Below are positions 63,729 to 64,000 of a stretch of DNA of 64,000 bases, one piece after another. Source of the stretch: Convolutriloba macropyga (lineage: Eukaryota); NCBI RefSeq assembly GCF_964194025.1, contig NC_134468.1:72230001-72294000 (forward strand). Reading direction: 5' to 3'. The notes under the pieces were generated by a model that had not been told where the DNA came from, made no database searches, and saw only the letters and a program-made list of their open reading frames with translations. Positions within the stretch are counted from its first letter, which is position 1. Each line of letters begins with the position of its first letter. Position numbers and translations under genes: made by a program.

Positions 63729-64000
63729 AGCTCACCCTGAAAATCATCTTCTCATCCACTACGAAGATATTCATCAAAACTTTCTTGCAACTGTCCAGAA
63801 ATTAGTTCAGTTCTTGGATATCTCTCCTATGAGCGATGAATCGATCGCTGTCTTGCGAACTAAAACGTCAGTTGAAAATATGAAATCACGATACGAGCAA
63901 GATCCCAAGCAGAGATTTATAATCAACAAAGGGGAAATGCATGGTTGGAGACGAAGTTTCCCCGAAGGCTACTCTGACAAGTTTGACAAATTGACAATTG
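63729..64000 (+). CDS. Cytosolic-type sulfotransferase paralog C, exon 2 (runs off the window; absent from the ORF track)
   Basis: Acceptor 'tatttcag|A'. My translation (R)AHPENHLLIHYEDIHQNF...MKSRYEQDPKQRFIINKGEMHGWRRSFPEGYSDKFDKLTI is collinear with exon 2 of A and B. Confidence 0.92.

Overview
AT-rich, repeat-dense eukaryotic DNA, most likely from an invertebrate animal, with GT-AG introns and three assembly gaps. Nothing here looks prokaryotic. Protein-coding content: (i) three paralogous two-exon cytosolic-type (PAPS-dependent) sulfotransferases at 20048-22915 (-), 52905-54669 (+) and 59554->64000 (+, runs off the window), all sharing one phase-2 intron and the same non-canonical C-terminal motif (INKG instead of RKG); (ii) a spliced ~396-aa Ser/Arg/Pro-rich orphan protein with two CxxC motifs, followed by a decayed duplicate of its 3' end; (iii) a small ORF with an N-myristoylation signal and BASP1/MARCKS-like composition. 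Repeats and mobile DNA: an ~11.4-kb 543-bp satellite with trimeric higher-order structure; a 5'-truncated CR1/L2-type LINE with an internal ~1.12-kb triplication; four copies of a Helentron/DINE-1-like non-autonomous family (three complete, one inside a SULT intron); several MITE-like hairpins; a decayed Ty1/copia pol; a 315-bp tandem array. The most unusual structure is a ~3-kb nested palindrome of minisatellites carrying three copies of an apparently complete RNA polymerase III unit (TATA, A box, B box, T6) derived from tRNA-Thr(AGT) that no longer folds as a tRNA. All alignments were done by eye, so repeat boundaries are approximate.
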